Of a DNA stretch of 64,000 nt, positions 9,641-20,825 are shown in pieces. The stretch is from positions 192,001 through 256,000 of the forward strand of contig CAWDSK010000006.1 in the NCBI GenBank assembly GCA_963804995.1. The letters run 5' to 3'. Position 1 is the first letter of the stretch. Each line of letters opens with the position of its first letter. The position numbers were made by a program, and so were the translations under genes. Source of the stretch: an uncultured Acidobacteriota bacterium (GTDB lineage Bacteria > Acidobacteriota > Terriglobia > UBA7540). Under the pieces are notes generated by a model. It ran no database searches. It was not told where the DNA came from and saw only the letters and a program-made list of their open reading frames with translations.

Positions 9641-12600
9641 TCAGAATTCGAAGCGGGCCGAAACCATGATATTACGCGGGCCATGAGCTACGTCAAGGAT
9701 GCTGCCGAACGTGCTATCTGACAGATCATTATCTGGGTCAGCCAGCCCGGTCCGGTTGAACACGTTGAAGAAATCGGCTCGAATCAGGAATTTATAACGT
9801 TCCGTTAGCCTTATATCCTTTAGGAGTCCGAAGTCTTCGTTCTGATAGCCGGGTCCGCGCACATTCAAGTATCGTGGCGAGGTGCCTGGCCGCAGAGCAT
9901 ACGTACCGCTATCGGAGAGCGGCGGATCGGAGAAGGCCGCAAGGTTTAGGTACGGGGTGCCGTTATCAGGATCCAGAGGCCCCTTGAAAGGAACCCGAGG
10001 ATTGACCCCGGAGAGGAGATCAAGCCGTGTCGGTCCCCCGCCGATATCACTGCTGAGAGCAGAGTCATAGACCTGGATAGGATTGCCGGAGCGATATTGC
10101 TGGATGGCGGTGACTTTCCATCCCCCTACCAGGTGATTCCACTTTCCGGCACTGCCCAGCCACCTCTTGCCATTGCCAAAGGGAAGATCGTAAATCCAGG
10201 TGAGTTTCAGGTAATGACGGTAATCAAATGAGGCAATGGATTTCTCCAGCCTGGGGTTGTTATAGTCCTGGCCCATGTAATTGTAACCGCTATAGCCATA
10301 CAGTGCGGCGTCGGTATTGCTGAGCGTCTTCGAGTAAGTATATGAGGCGATGAAGTTCAGCCCGTGCCCCGCCCGCTTGCGCACCGTGGTCTGGAGAGCG
10401 TGATAGCTGGAGTCGCCGAAATTGGGGAAGTTGTTGATGATGCCCGAGAATTGCGGGTAGCGAAGGATGGCTTGGCTGACACTGTTTCCCCCGTCGAAAC
10501 TGGGGAAGGGCTTTTGGGTAATGCCAAAGGCGGCGAGTTGTGCGGAGGCCACCGGATCCGCCATGGCATCGTCCCACCCCATGTCGACGGTGTCACCGAG
10601 CGCCATCAACTTGACGGGCGCCTGGTTATAGTGCTGACCAAGGTCCTTGGCCATCAGGTGAGTCCCTTTGGTCCCCACGTAGTCCGCTTCCAGGAGGATG
10701 TCCCCGGGAAGCATGTACTGCAATCCGAAGTTCCAATTCTGCACGTAGGGTTGTGCGATGGAGTGGGTCCACATACCGACGCCCAAATAGTTTTGACCGT
10801 CGGGTGTTTGGTTAGGCAAGGTTCCGAGGAAGGCCGGGACACCCACCTGGACGCCTTGGAGACTTGCCCCGCCTTGCAGGCCACTCAGGTATATCGCGGG
10901 GACATCAATATTGTTCCCGAACTGCCGCCGATAAAGCGATCTGCTCGCGAAAGCAATGCTGCTATTGAATCCGGCGTCCGCTCCCGGGAAGCCGTTCATG
11001 ATCGGAGGTGAGTAGGAGATTCCATAGCCCCCGCGAATCACGATTTTCTGTACGGGGTTATAGGCAAACCCCAAGCGCGGCCCGAATTCGCCATAATAAG
11101 TGTTCCCGAAGGAATTGGTCTTGGTACAGGTTGGGCAATTCCCCAGGAAGGCCATGGCCCCCAGCGTGTTGTCAGCACCGGGGTTCGCGAGGTTTGGATC
11201 GAAGCTGGACATTCGGTTGTAGACTTCCGTGGTGGGCGTGGGGATATCCCAGCGCAGCCCATAATTGAGCGTTAATTTCGGGGTGAGTCGCCAATCGTCC
11301 TGCGCGTAGACTGTCCACAGGAACTGGCGCCAGCCCGGGGTTGTAGTATCGACGGCCCGGCTGCCGCCATCGACCGCGCCCATAATGAAACTGGCGAAGG
11401 GCATTCCCGTCTTCCGATCAAATGTGCCGGGGAGTCCGGTCTCCCGTTCACTAAAGTTGAAGGTCCCCGATACATTTCCCATGTAATTGTCGTTCATCCG
11501 GTAGCGAATGACCTCCCCGCCGAACTTGAAGCTGTGCTTGCCCCGGACGTGGCTCAGGGTGTCGGAAAGGATGAAACTCTCTTCCGCGCGCCATTCCGGG
11601 GAACCGTAACGTCCCCATGCCTTCAGCAGGTTGCCCTTATTGGTGGGGAAGCCGATTCCTATCAAACCGCCTATGTCGAGCAGTCCAGTGATACCCAGCT
11701 TGCTGGGGACGAAAGCTGATACATCGCCCGGCGGCTCGCCATTCATGTTGCCAAAACGGTTATATCCGAAGCCGATGTGGTTGAGGGTGCTTCCGCTGAT
11801 GGACCAGTCCTCCGACAGCCGGAAGATTCTTGCCGGAATCTCTTGAATCTTCGTCTGGTCCAGGGGAATCCCGGGCAGAGGAAGATAATATCCTGTTGCG
11901 CCCAGCATACGATCCCGGTAGCTGTAGGTGAAGAAGGCGGAGAGCTTGTTCTTGTCGTTGATCACCTGATCGATCTTGGTGCTGATCTTGGTGGAGTACA
12001 GGGTTGGAGCGCCACTGAGCCCCTCGATGTTATTTATGAGATTGTTGTTGATAGGAGTGGGAAAGTGCGGCAGGAGTATCGAGGATGCGGTACTCCATTT
12101 GTCTTTGGGGATAATGTTCGCGTCCCCCGTGGGCAAGCCGGTTACCGGATCGAAGCCAAAGGCGTCGCGCACCAGGACCCCGCCTACATAACGGGTTGTC
12201 GTGGGGTCATAAATCTCATTTTTGTAGACCGGCCGACCCAACGCGTCCGTGCCGATCTGGCTGCCAAGGACTGCACTGAAATCCCCGTTGTCGCGCATGG
12301 CCACGGTGGGTGCTGTCTTATAACTTTTGGGGGTCCCGGCCCGGCGCCGATCACCCTCATAGGCAAAAAAGAAAAAGCTCCTGTTCTTCTTGATGGGCCC
12401 GCCAATCGCGCCGCCGAAGTTGTTCTCGCGGGTCGGCGCCTTCATCTTCCACGGACTGCCTTCCGGAAGTTTGTTGATGTCGTAGCCCGCGGCATTGAAA
12501 ACGGGATTGGTATTGTACTCGTAAAGTGTCCCATGATATTCGTTAGTGCCTGACTTCATCCCAAAATTCGCCACGCCGCCGCCCGTATTGCCGAATTCCG

Positions 12601-13270
12601 CCGAATAGCTTGACATCTCCACGCGGAATTCGCTGGCCGCATCGGCAGAAGGCGTAATTTCCGAAATGCTGCCCTGCAAATCGTAACGGGCCACCGGCAG
12701 TCCGTCGATCAGGATGTCCGTGGTGAAGTATTGACCGCCGTTGATGGTCCCGGCCCACTCATCACCCGAGGTGCCGGGAAGACTCGCGTAAATGAAACCC
12801 ATCAGTTGGCGCGCGCCGTCGCTGATGGCAAGAGGAAGCGTCGAAAACTCCACGGGAGTTACGCTGTTACCGACCTCCGCGGTGGAGACCGAAAGCAAGG
12901 GCGCTTCCGTAGTCACAGTGACTGATTGAGTTGAGCTGCCAACCTGCAGCGTCATATCAAGAGTCACCACTTGTCCTACCGTAACCACGATGTTCGTCGC
13001 CAGGGAGGCCTTAAAGCCCTCCTTGCGCGCTTCCACTTGGTACTTTCCCGGTGGAACGGGGACGCGGTAGTAACCTGCGCTGGACCCCTTGGCCGCCCAT
13101 TTGAGTCCCGTATCGGCATTGGTAATAGCGATTTCCGATTCCGGTATTACCGCACCGGAGGTATCAAAAATCGACCCAGTCAGTGTCCCCGACTGGACCT
13201 GGGCGCAAATCCATTTAGGCATGAGCAAGAGTCCCAAACAAAGGGCTATGATGCGGAAAGACTTATGCAT
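9641..13270 (-). CDS. TonB-dependent receptor, Oar-like, with carboxypeptidase-regulatory N-domain
   Basis: 1209 aa; signal peptide; SAEFGNTGGGV, YAQDDWRLTPKLTLNYGLRWD, RADFFNVFN motifs; terminal Phe. Confidence 0.93.
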   Translation of the reverse strand: MHKSFRIIALCLGLLLMPKWICAQVQSGTLTGSIFDTSGAVIPESEIAITNADTGLKWAAKGSSAGYYRVPVPPGKYQVEARKEGFKASLATNIVVTVGQVVTLDMTLQVGSSTQSVTVTTEAPLLSVSTAEVGNSVTPVEFSTLPLAISDGARQLMGFIYASLPGTSGDEWAGTINGGQYFTTDILIDGLPVARYDLQGSISEITPSADAASEFRVEMSSYSAEFGNTGGGVANFGMKSGTNEYHGTLYEYNTNPVFNAAGYDINKLPEGSPWKMKAPTRENNFGGAIGGPIKKNRSFFFFAYEGDRRRAGTPKSYKTAPTVAMRDNGDFSAVLGSQIGTDALGRPVYKNEIYDPTTTRYVGGVLVRDAFGFDPVTGLPTGDANIIPKDKWSTASSILLPHFPTPINNNLINNIEGLSGAPTLYSTKISTKIDQVINDKNKLSAFFTYSYRDRMLGATGYYLPLPGIPLDQTKIQEIPARIFRLSEDWSISGSTLNHIGFGYNRFGNMNGEPPGDVSAFVPSKLGITGLLDIGGLIGIGFPTNKGNLLKAWGRYGSPEWRAEESFILSDTLSHVRGKHSFKFGGEVIRYRMNDNYMGNVSGTFNFSERETGLPGTFDRKTGMPFASFIMGAVDGGSRAVDTTTPGWRQFLWTVYAQDDWRLTPKLTLNYGLRWDIPTPTTEVYNRMSSFDPNLANPGADNTLGAMAFLGNCPTCTKTNSFGNTYYGEFGPRLGFAYNPVQKIVIRGGYGISYSPPIMNGFPGADAGFNSSIAFASRSLYRRQFGNNIDVPAIYLSGLQGGASLQGVQVGVPAFLGTLPNQTPDGQNYLGVGMWTHSIAQPYVQNWNFGLQYMLPGDILLEADYVGTKGTHLMAKDLGQHYNQAPVKLMALGDTVDMGWDDAMADPVASAQLAAFGITQKPFPSFDGGNSVSQAILRYPQFSGIINNFPNFGDSSYHALQTTVRKRAGHGLNFIASYTYSKTLSNTDAALYGYSGYNYMGQDYNNPRLEKSIASFDYRHYLKLTWIYDLPFGNGKRWLGSAGKWNHLVGGWKVTAIQQYRSGNPIQVYDSALSSDIGGGPTRLDLLSGVNPRVPFKGPLDPDNGTPYLNLAAFSDPPLSDSGTYALRPGTSPRYLNVRGPGYQNEDFGLLKDIRLTERYKFLIRADFFNVFNRTGLADPDNDLSDSTFGSILDVAHGPRNIMVSARFEF

Positions 13271-13776
13271 AGAACTACCTCCTTAGTTCCGTGCTTTCCC
13301 AATCGACGCCTGGAGAGAGTATCGGACACCTCGCGCTGGTGCCCAGAAGAGGAAGCCACTTGAGCCTACTGCCCGCCAACTTTCGAATGCATGCTCGGGC
13401 ATCCCATATTGAAACAAATCGGACTTTCGAATTCTTTCGCAAACCCGCGCACATAATAGGACGCCTTATGTGGCAAGACTGCAAGGCTATTACTGTTACT
13501 TCGGCAGTTAGATGCCCGCCATGGCAGCCATTCATAGCTTTAAACAATTGTTAATAAATAAGTTGTTGTGAAAAAACGCCGGGCTGGATTGGGTGGATTT
13601 TTTCATTCTCGATCTCCACCTATCACGACAAAAAGTTCGTTCATGTAACTACTCTAAAATCAAGTGGCTGGGCTGCACAACGGGGTGGCTCCGACATTCT
13701 TGCGCATGACCAACGGCAGGTCATTAACGTTACAATTTACGGTTATTTGCCAAGCTCAACTTACGCGGGATCACCG

Positions 13777-13805
13777 TTGACTGTTAGCACGGGCGTAGAT
13801 ATAAT
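13777..13805 (+). promoter_or_regulatory. sigma70-type promoter
   Basis: TTGACT-N17-TATAAT upstream of the 13859 CDS. Confidence 0.75.
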
Positions 13806-13858
13806 CCACGCGCCTATACCTGATTGTGCGGGCTACCCCCTGCTCGCGAGTTCTACCT

Positions 13859-15190
13859 ATGGCATCACGCAACCCTCCCGAATCCGATTCCTTGACACTT
13901 TATGAAAAGCACAATGAATTGAAGCGAGTTCTGGAGAGCAAGTATTTCGCAAAGGCCCCGAAAAAAAGGCGCTTCCTCGAATTTACAAGCGGACAGGTTT
14001 TTCTCGGCGAGGACAACAAGCTGAATGAATACCTGATTGGCGTCGAGGTCTATGAAAGGGGGCAGGATTTTGACCCCCAACAAGACCCGATCGTGCGCGT
14101 GCAAGCGCACGAAATTCGCCGCGCCCTCAAGAATTATTACGAGGAAGAAGGTAAGAACAGTCTGGTCAGGGTGGAACTCCACCCGGGGGATTACGCCCCT
14201 GTCTTTAGGAGAGTCAATCTTGGTCCTGAGGAGTCGGCGCCTCCCCCCCTTCAAGGGGAATCCCCTGTCGCAAACATCAAACGACAGCCTTCCCCATGGC
14301 AGAATACCGTCGTTGTGTTCCTGGGCTTGGCATGTGCCGCCTTGGGATTTCTGTTCATCCACGAGCGCTATCTCTCGCGCCGACCTGCGGAGTTACAGGC
14401 TCTTGCGGCCACCCTGCCGGAGAGCGAGGAATGGTTCTGGAAACCGTTTCTCGTAAACGGAAGCCAGCCTCTGGTTATCGTACCCACCTCTCCCGTGCTC
14501 CGCCTTGGTACGGACGGAGACAGTCCACAAACTCTACGGGAGGGCAATGTTATCCCCAAAAGCAAGATGCCGGAATTTCTCGATACGATCCAATTCCGTG
14601 ATCTGAAGAACTTTACGTTCGTTCCTACAACCACTGACTACACGGGTATTGGGGAAACGCTCGGACTGCTTGCTCTCTCCGAACTCTTTCAAGGCCAGGG
14701 GATGGTGATCCGGGTGAAAACCGGCAGGCTTACAGACTACGCAGAAATTCAGAGTGGCAACACCATCATTCTGGGTGGTGGGAATCCCTGGACGAATCGG
14801 GTGTTCATCAGTTCCCCGGGATTTTCGGTTAGTGGGGGGGCATTCAAAGACAATGCTCCGCGACCCGCGGAGCCCTCCGTGTATGCTCCCAAGTTTGACT
14901 CGGTCACCAACCGCCTGACCCAGGATTATGCTCTGATATTGATGGGGCCCAACCCTACAAAGCAGGAGCGCTTGCTTCTCCTCTATGGGCTGTACACCCA
15001 AGGAACGCAGGCCGCCGCCGAGTACGTGACGAATGTGGAACGACTGGCGGAACTCCGCAAAGCCCTACTTGCAGCCTCACCCGATAAGCAGACCACTCCG
15101 CAATTCTTCGCAGCTCTCCTATCCGTCCCTGTAGAGAATTACGTTCCAGGGGGCGCTTCCTTAGTGACCGTGAGGATCGTCCCAGAGTAA
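13859..15190 (+). CDS. Membrane-anchored putative transcriptional regulator (N-terminal wHTH-like, one TM, periplasmic domain)
   Basis: LNEYLIGVEVYERGQDFDPQQDPIVRVQAHEIRRALKNYY motif; TM segment VVVFLGLACAALGFLFI; divergent from the TBDT. Confidence 0.7.
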   Translation: MASRNPPESDSLTLYEKHNELKRVLESKYFAKAPKKRRFLEFTSGQVFLGEDNKLNEYLIGVEVYERGQDFDPQQDPIVRVQAHEIRRALKNYYEEEGKNSLVRVELHPGDYAPVFRRVNLGPEESAPPPLQGESPVANIKRQPSPWQNTVVVFLGLACAALGFLFIHERYLSRRPAELQALAATLPESEEWFWKPFLVNGSQPLVIVPTSPVLRLGTDGDSPQTLREGNVIPKSKMPEFLDTIQFRDLKNFTFVPTTTDYTGIGETLGLLALSELFQGQGMVIRVKTGRLTDYAEIQSGNTIILGGGNPWTNRVFISSPGFSVSGGAFKDNAPRPAEPSVYAPKFDSVTNRLTQDYALILMGPNPTKQERLLLLYGLYTQGTQAAAEYVTNVERLAELRKALLAASPDKQTTPQFFAALLSVPVENYVPGGASLVTVRIVPE

Positions 15191-15247
15191 TGGGATCGTG
15201 CGCGCGAGGGTCAAACTCCGCGAAACCAGGCATGCCCCCACCACCGT

Positions 15248-16906
15248 TCACCGCTTCGAAATCAAATCCCCAAAGGCCGGCAGCAACTGGTATTTGTCCT
15301 CCCAGGTGGTGTACATGATGCCGATGGCGCCGCGCGTCTTGCCGAGGGACTCGATCCAGCCCTTGGGATTCTCCAGGTCATCGGCATCATAGTAGGCAGC
15401 GCCCAGAGTCTGGTAACCGAGTTTGGAAAAGAAGTCGAGACTCGGGGTGCGCTTCTCGTAATACCAGCAGGCGATAACCAGGTCTTTCGGAAGGTAATTC
15501 CACGTGCCGTGAAAGCTCCCGTTGATCAAATAGTATTTGTCGCGGGCGTTGTGATTGGGGTCGAACATGTCGGACCAGACGTAGATCTCCGCCTGGGGGT
15601 TGGCCGCGCGGATCATCTGGTGCTGCCGGGTCACACAATCACCAAGGATCTGGGCCATGGAGAGATGCCGGCGCTGGCAGACCTCGCAGAAACCGCCGAC
15701 GCGCACTTCGTCCATGCTGAGGAAGTACTTCTTGGGCGCCAAATACTTTTCGATCAGCGGAATCTGGCGCTGCCACAATTCGTAAACCGCGGGCTCCGAC
15801 ATGTCGATGGGTGTCTGATCGCGATAGATGGTGGTTCCGTGGAAATAGTCAACCCGCAACCCGTCGCCCGCGTGGATTCGGCTGCCGGGCGGGATGGAAA
15901 TCGCCGGCCCTTCGTGGTCCCAACTGAAATTGAGCTGCGGGTCGGAAATGGGGGCGAAGTCCCTGCCCTCCTCGTAAACCATGCCGGTCTTTTCATTGCT
16001 AACCTTCACGGGGGTTCCGGGGCGGCGCAGAACATTCGTGAGGCCCACTTCCTCGATGGCCACGTCATCGATCCAGACCTTGCCTTTCTTCCCGTCCGAA
16101 ACGCCGACGCGAAACTCCACGCGGTCCGCGTACCAACTGTTGAAGCCCCAAGTCAATTCATGCCAATCGCTGGTCTCCGGCAAGGGCGGCTCCATATAGG
16201 AAAGGTGCCGCTGGTCAGGGGCAACGGCAAGTAGATGGATTGCCATGCGGGGTTCTGCGCCTTCGGTCTTCACCCAGGCTCGCAAGCGATAGCAGCGATA
16301 AGGATGCACCGGCAGCGACTGCGCGAGATAGACCTCGCCTTCCGGACCACTGAAATCCTCGAAGCGCGCGGAGGCTTTTCCAGAGTGAAAAACTGTTGTA
16401 TCGATCGTGGCCCGAGCTCCATGCGCGGTGAACCCCGTCGGCAGGTTTTCCGAGTGTTCTTCAAAGCCGCCATTCTTCAGCTTCACGGAGGGGTCCGCCT
16501 GGAATTTCGCCTCGTCCTCTCCCGCCACGAACAGCGCCCCGCGGACAGGTTGACCCGCGGCCAGATTCTTGTCATGCGCCATCACCCCGCCCCCGTAGCC
16601 CACGCCGAACGTCGCGGGGATGATCTCCACACCGAGGTGGTCGGCGGTCCGCTTCAGGCGCGCAATGCGCTCCAGTCGCTCCGCAGGCATCAAGTCCATC
16701 GAGTCGAAGCCGGCCGCAAGCAACATGCCGTTCATGCCATGCTCGCTTGCCGTGCGCGCAATGCCCTCCACGCGCCCGAGCTCTTGATCACTGTCCAGAC
16801 CCGTTGACACATAAACCCAGCGGTCGCGAAACACCTGGGATTGACCCAGCATCACTGCCGTCAATGCAGCAGTGCAACCCAAAAAAAGAATAAGAGTCCG
16901 TTTCAT
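15248..16906 (-). CDS. Secreted putative glycoside hydrolase with carbohydrate-binding (CBM4/9-like) insert
   Basis: Signal peptide; LKNGGFEE CBM start; MDEVR and YVWSDMFDP GH20-like motifs; GGAGGAG RBS. Confidence 0.7.
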   Translation of the reverse strand: MKRTLILFLGCTAALTAVMLGQSQVFRDRWVYVSTGLDSDQELGRVEGIARTASEHGMNGMLLAAGFDSMDLMPAERLERIARLKRTADHLGVEIIPATFGVGYGGGVMAHDKNLAAGQPVRGALFVAGEDEAKFQADPSVKLKNGGFEEHSENLPTGFTAHGARATIDTTVFHSGKASARFEDFSGPEGEVYLAQSLPVHPYRCYRLRAWVKTEGAEPRMAIHLLAVAPDQRHLSYMEPPLPETSDWHELTWGFNSWYADRVEFRVGVSDGKKGKVWIDDVAIEEVGLTNVLRRPGTPVKVSNEKTGMVYEEGRDFAPISDPQLNFSWDHEGPAISIPPGSRIHAGDGLRVDYFHGTTIYRDQTPIDMSEPAVYELWQRQIPLIEKYLAPKKYFLSMDEVRVGGFCEVCQRRHLSMAQILGDCVTRQHQMIRAANPQAEIYVWSDMFDPNHNARDKYYLINGSFHGTWNYLPKDLVIACWYYEKRTPSLDFFSKLGYQTLGAAYYDADDLENPKGWIESLGKTRGAIGIMYTTWEDKYQLLPAFGDLISKR

Positions 16907-16926
16907 ACTAATTCTCCTCCCTACCT

Positions 16927-18330
16927 TCACTTGACCTCGATCGGCGCAAGGTCATACCAACCGTCGGATTCGAGGCCCTCGATGGCAAGCTTGATGGCCG
17001 GCTGTCCGGTGCGCGGGTCCAGCATCGCTACGCGCAGGCGGTAGGTGCCCGGCGGCAAGTTTTTGGGAATATAAACCGTGCCGTCGAATACCGCATCGCC
17101 GGGAAGCCATTTGCGGATGTCCACCGGGAGCCTGATTTGCGCGCTGCGGCTCGCGGATCGCAGTTCCATGGCCAGCTCGTACGGCCGGTAAACCGGCGCC
17201 ACTCCCGCATTCAGCCACCACATGTGGATCAATTGCATCGTTCCGGCCAGAACGACTTTTGGATACTCCAGCCGGCGCAGGATGAATCGGTAGCCCATTT
17301 GCTTCTGAAATTCCTCGAAGGCTTTCTTCCACCCCGCCGGAATCGCGGACGATTTGATGTTTACCGACGACACGTGCCAGCGCAGCCCCTGGGCGAGGAT
17401 GTAATCCAGGTTATAGCCCTCCTCCTTCCAACTCCCCGGCACCCCACAGGCCTCGAGCGACACCGGACTGCGCTGCCAGACGTCCTGTATTCCTGCGCGC
17501 ACAATTTGCTGCGGGTAAATGTCCAGCATCTCCGCCTGGAAAAAAGGATCGTCGGAGGCCGTGCGCATATCACCCCAACAGTCCAGCCGCCAGCCCGCGC
17601 CGTGCTCGGTTCCATAGGCCAAGGCTTTCTCTTCGTCGAAATTCATCAGCAGGGGGGTGCGCTGGAATGCTTCGAGCCAAATATCCACCAGCTTTTTCTG
17701 CACGTCGAACGCCGGCATATAGGGGCTCCAACCCTCGCCCCAGTACCCTACCGATGAGATATCCACGCTATCCAGGTCCGGATGCCCGTCGTAACGTTCC
17801 CCTGCCGCTGCCACCAGCGCTCCCCAATACTTCAAATACAACGGGTCAGCAAAGTCCGGCTGCCAGATATTTCCGTCCTTGTCCGTCGCCTGATTCGCAC
17901 GCCGCGATCCCGACTTCTGATACCACTCCGGCAGCGGGTGCTTCTGGTCGTAAGGCATCAGCCGGATTGCGAGCGTTTGATGATGCGCGTGCGCTTGACG
18001 CAAGGCCTCGTCCAGAATCTCCCAGCGGACTCTTCCCTGCTCCGGCTCCAGCGTCTCCCAGAACCAGCGGCAATAGGAAATCGAGGACGCGGGGAAATCC
18101 ACCGCTCCTGCAGCCGGCGCCAGCTTTCCTACGGGGCCCTCTTCCGACCAGCCGAGGCCGGAGTTGATCGCATCCCCGTTGAAGCGCTGGAAAGTCTGAA
18201 TCCCCATGCCCGGATTTACCAAAACCTCGTCAAGCTCTTTAGGACGGAGGACCGTGGTTTCCGTCTGCGCGCCAACATTGACCGCAACTATCAGGGAGAA
18301 AAAGGTAAGCGTAAGCAGTCTCGATGACAT
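16927..18330 (-). CDS. DUF4832-domain beta-galactosidase-like glycoside hydrolase
   Basis: LVNPGMG, WETLEPEQG, GYWGEGW and MGYRFIL...NAGVAPVY motifs; signal peptide from ATG 18330. Confidence 0.75.
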   Translation of the reverse strand: MSSRLLTLTFFSLIVAVNVGAQTETTVLRPKELDEVLVNPGMGIQTFQRFNGDAINSGLGWSEEGPVGKLAPAAGAVDFPASSISYCRWFWETLEPEQGRVRWEILDEALRQAHAHHQTLAIRLMPYDQKHPLPEWYQKSGSRRANQATDKDGNIWQPDFADPLYLKYWGALVAAAGERYDGHPDLDSVDISSVGYWGEGWSPYMPAFDVQKKLVDIWLEAFQRTPLLMNFDEEKALAYGTEHGAGWRLDCWGDMRTASDDPFFQAEMLDIYPQQIVRAGIQDVWQRSPVSLEACGVPGSWKEEGYNLDYILAQGLRWHVSSVNIKSSAIPAGWKKAFEEFQKQMGYRFILRRLEYPKVVLAGTMQLIHMWWLNAGVAPVYRPYELAMELRSASRSAQIRLPVDIRKWLPGDAVFDGTVYIPKNLPPGTYRLRVAMLDPRTGQPAIKLAIEGLESDGWYDLAPIEVK

Positions 18331-18605
18331 GGTGGTTTGACGCTTTCTCAAAAGGTATCCTGCGGCGAATCTGCTGGGCACGAGCGGTCTCGGCCCCAGA
18401 AACTTTGACCGTCGGCCCCTACATTTCCTTAAACCACAAACCGAAAGGCACACTTCGCAGGTCCTTGTATCACAACAAGAGAACGAAAGTTGCAAAAGTT
18501 TCGTATCCCTGCGATACCTTGCAGTAGAATCCGCTTTGCGATTTACGGCCGATTGAGTTCCGCGAATGGTCGCTGAGGAAGGATGAATCTCGCCGGAGGG
18601 CCCAG

Positions 18606-20825
18606 ATGAATCGAATGTTTCGCTGCGCAATGATGATGGGGGTTATCGCTTGCTCATCCCAGGTCATGCATGCCCAAGCGCCGCTCGGCCAAGCTGACCT
18701 CCGAGTGACTAAAGATTCTTCAGAAGTCCGGCAAATGCTACCGACCTATTTGAACAAGCTGGCCGAAGACGCTACCGCGAAGAGGTTGGCGCGCTTCAAC
18801 AAGATTCAGACGGAGACCGATTTCCACAACTGGCAGGAGGCAAACCGCCGCAGATTTCTCGAATTGATCGGAGGCTTGCCCGCGGAACGAACGCCCGTCC
18901 AGGCGCGCGTGACCGGGGAGATTCAGCGCGAAGGGTATGTTATCCGCAAGGTCATTTTCGAGAGCCTGCCCGAATACTATGTGACCGCGAACCTCTATGT
19001 ACCTACCGTGGGTAAAGGACCGTTCCCGGCCGTGCTCGCGCCGTGTGGCCATTCCGCGAATGGAAAAGCCTATGACGTGTACCAGCAGCTCTTCATCGGG
19101 CTCGTGAAGCGCGGATACGTCGTCCTCAGTTACGATCCCATGGGGCAAGGCGAAAGATATCAATACTGGAACTTCCTGCAACAGGAGACCTTGTTAAAGG
19201 GCACTGACAATCAGCACGCCATGGCAGGACTGCAGGAAATCCTTCTGGGGCAAAGCCTGGCGCGCACTTTCATCTGGGATGGAATGCGCGGCCTCGATTA
19301 TCTCACGAGCCTTCCGGAAGTGGATGCCTCGCGCCTTGGGGTAACGGGCAGCTCCGGTGGCGGCACGCTCACAACATACATCTCGATGCTCGATCCGCGA
19401 GTCAAGGCAGCCTCCATCGTCACCTTCATCACCTCCCTGCCCAGGAAAATTGCGGCCCGCAACCTGGATCCAGAAGCCGATCCGGAACAGGATATTCCTG
19501 GTCTATTGGCCGCCGGCCTTGACCACACCGAATTCGTGGGCATGATTGCTCCCCGGCCTGTGTTGATCGGGTCAGCCGCTCGCGACTTCTTCCCCATCGA
19601 GGGAACTCGCCAGACCTTTGCCGAGGTCCAGTCTCTGTATAAGAAAATCGGCGCGCCCGAAAGAATCAAGATGGTGGAGTTTGACCACCCTCACATGTAT
19701 AGCCAACCGCTGCGGGAGGCTACTTATGCGTGGTTCGACAAGTGGCTGAAAGGCGCCGAGCCCGATGCCCACGAGCCTGAGATCACGACGGAGAAGGATG
19801 CGACCCTGGAATGCACGGCCACCGGGCAAGTGATTACTTCTCTCGGCGGAAAGACGGTTTACGACTTCAACCGAACGCAGGCGGAGCAAGAATTGCGTCT
19901 GCTGGATTCGCGGCGGCGCGCTTCTGACTTCCACACATCTCTCGCCGGGAAAATCCGCAGTCGCCTGGGGCTGCCTGCCGACGCGACGGCGCCTGAGGTG
20001 AAGACTCTCGCCACAACAGAAGTGGGAGACTTGGTAATTGAAAAGTTGCTGCTCGAGACCGAACCCGGCATCTCCGTTCCGACTCGAGTGATTCACCGGA
20101 AGGGATTGCAGGGGCGAGCGCACGCGGTGGTCTATCTGCGCGATCGCCTGGGAGAAGATGACCGCCCCGCGTTGTTCGCCTCGTTGGCCGAGCAGGGTCA
20201 AGTTGTGGCAGTCGCGGACGTGCGCGGATTCGGCGAGACCTGGGCGCCATCCGACGTGCGCGCCCTAGGCGCAGACTACTTCCATCCCCGCGATCGGCAG
20301 GATGCGGACTTTGCTTACGCGGCGTTCTTTCTGGGGCGCCCGCTTCTCGGGATGCGCGCCGGCGACGCACTGGGCGTGGTTCGCTATCTGCGTACGCGCT
20401 CGGATGTTGACCCTCGGCGCGTGGCGATGGTGGGAAGAGGGTGGGCAGGAGTGACGGCACTTTTCGCCGCTGCTCTTGACGCGGAGATTCGGGCGACGGC
20501 CGTGGAAGCAATCCCTGTGTCGTACGGCGCGCTGGCCACGGCGGAGATCTACGAGCAGCCCGCCTACTTTCTGTTGCCCGGTGTGCTCCAAGACTTCGAT
20601 CTCACTGATGTGTTCGCGGCTCTTGCTCCCCGGCCGCTTCTGGTGCTGAACGCGCAGGACCCATTGACTCGCAAGATGCCTCAGCAGGAAGCGCTCGTAG
20701 CCTTGGCGCGAGTTCGTGATGCGTATGTCGGGGCGAAAGCTTCTGAAGCACTCGCAGTTAAAGTTGAGCCGCTGGATTCAGACGTGCCGAAGGCGTTGGA
20801 GGAATGGCTCCGCACGCACGAATGA
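18606..20825 (+). CDS. Acetylxylan-esterase-like double alpha/beta hydrolase
   Basis: FESLPEYYVTANLYVP, YDPMGQGER and nucleophile motif GSSGGG; second degenerate hydrolase domain. Confidence 0.85.
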   Translation: MNRMFRCAMMMGVIACSSQVMHAQAPLGQADLRVTKDSSEVRQMLPTYLNKLAEDATAKRLARFNKIQTETDFHNWQEANRRRFLELIGGLPAERTPVQARVTGEIQREGYVIRKVIFESLPEYYVTANLYVPTVGKGPFPAVLAPCGHSANGKAYDVYQQLFIGLVKRGYVVLSYDPMGQGERYQYWNFLQQETLLKGTDNQHAMAGLQEILLGQSLARTFIWDGMRGLDYLTSLPEVDASRLGVTGSSGGGTLTTYISMLDPRVKAASIVTFITSLPRKIAARNLDPEADPEQDIPGLLAAGLDHTEFVGMIAPRPVLIGSAARDFFPIEGTRQTFAEVQSLYKKIGAPERIKMVEFDHPHMYSQPLREATYAWFDKWLKGAEPDAHEPEITTEKDATLECTATGQVITSLGGKTVYDFNRTQAEQELRLLDSRRRASDFHTSLAGKIRSRLGLPADATAPEVKTLATTEVGDLVIEKLLLETEPGISVPTRVIHRKGLQGRAHAVVYLRDRLGEDDRPALFASLAEQGQVVAVADVRGFGETWAPSDVRALGADYFHPRDRQDADFAYAAFFLGRPLLGMRAGDALGVVRYLRTRSDVDPRRVAMVGRGWAGVTALFAAALDAEIRATAVEAIPVSYGALATAEIYEQPAYFLLPGVLQDFDLTDVFAALAPRPLLVLNAQDPLTRKMPQQEALVALARVRDAYVGAKASEALAVKVEPLDSDVPKALEEWLRTHE

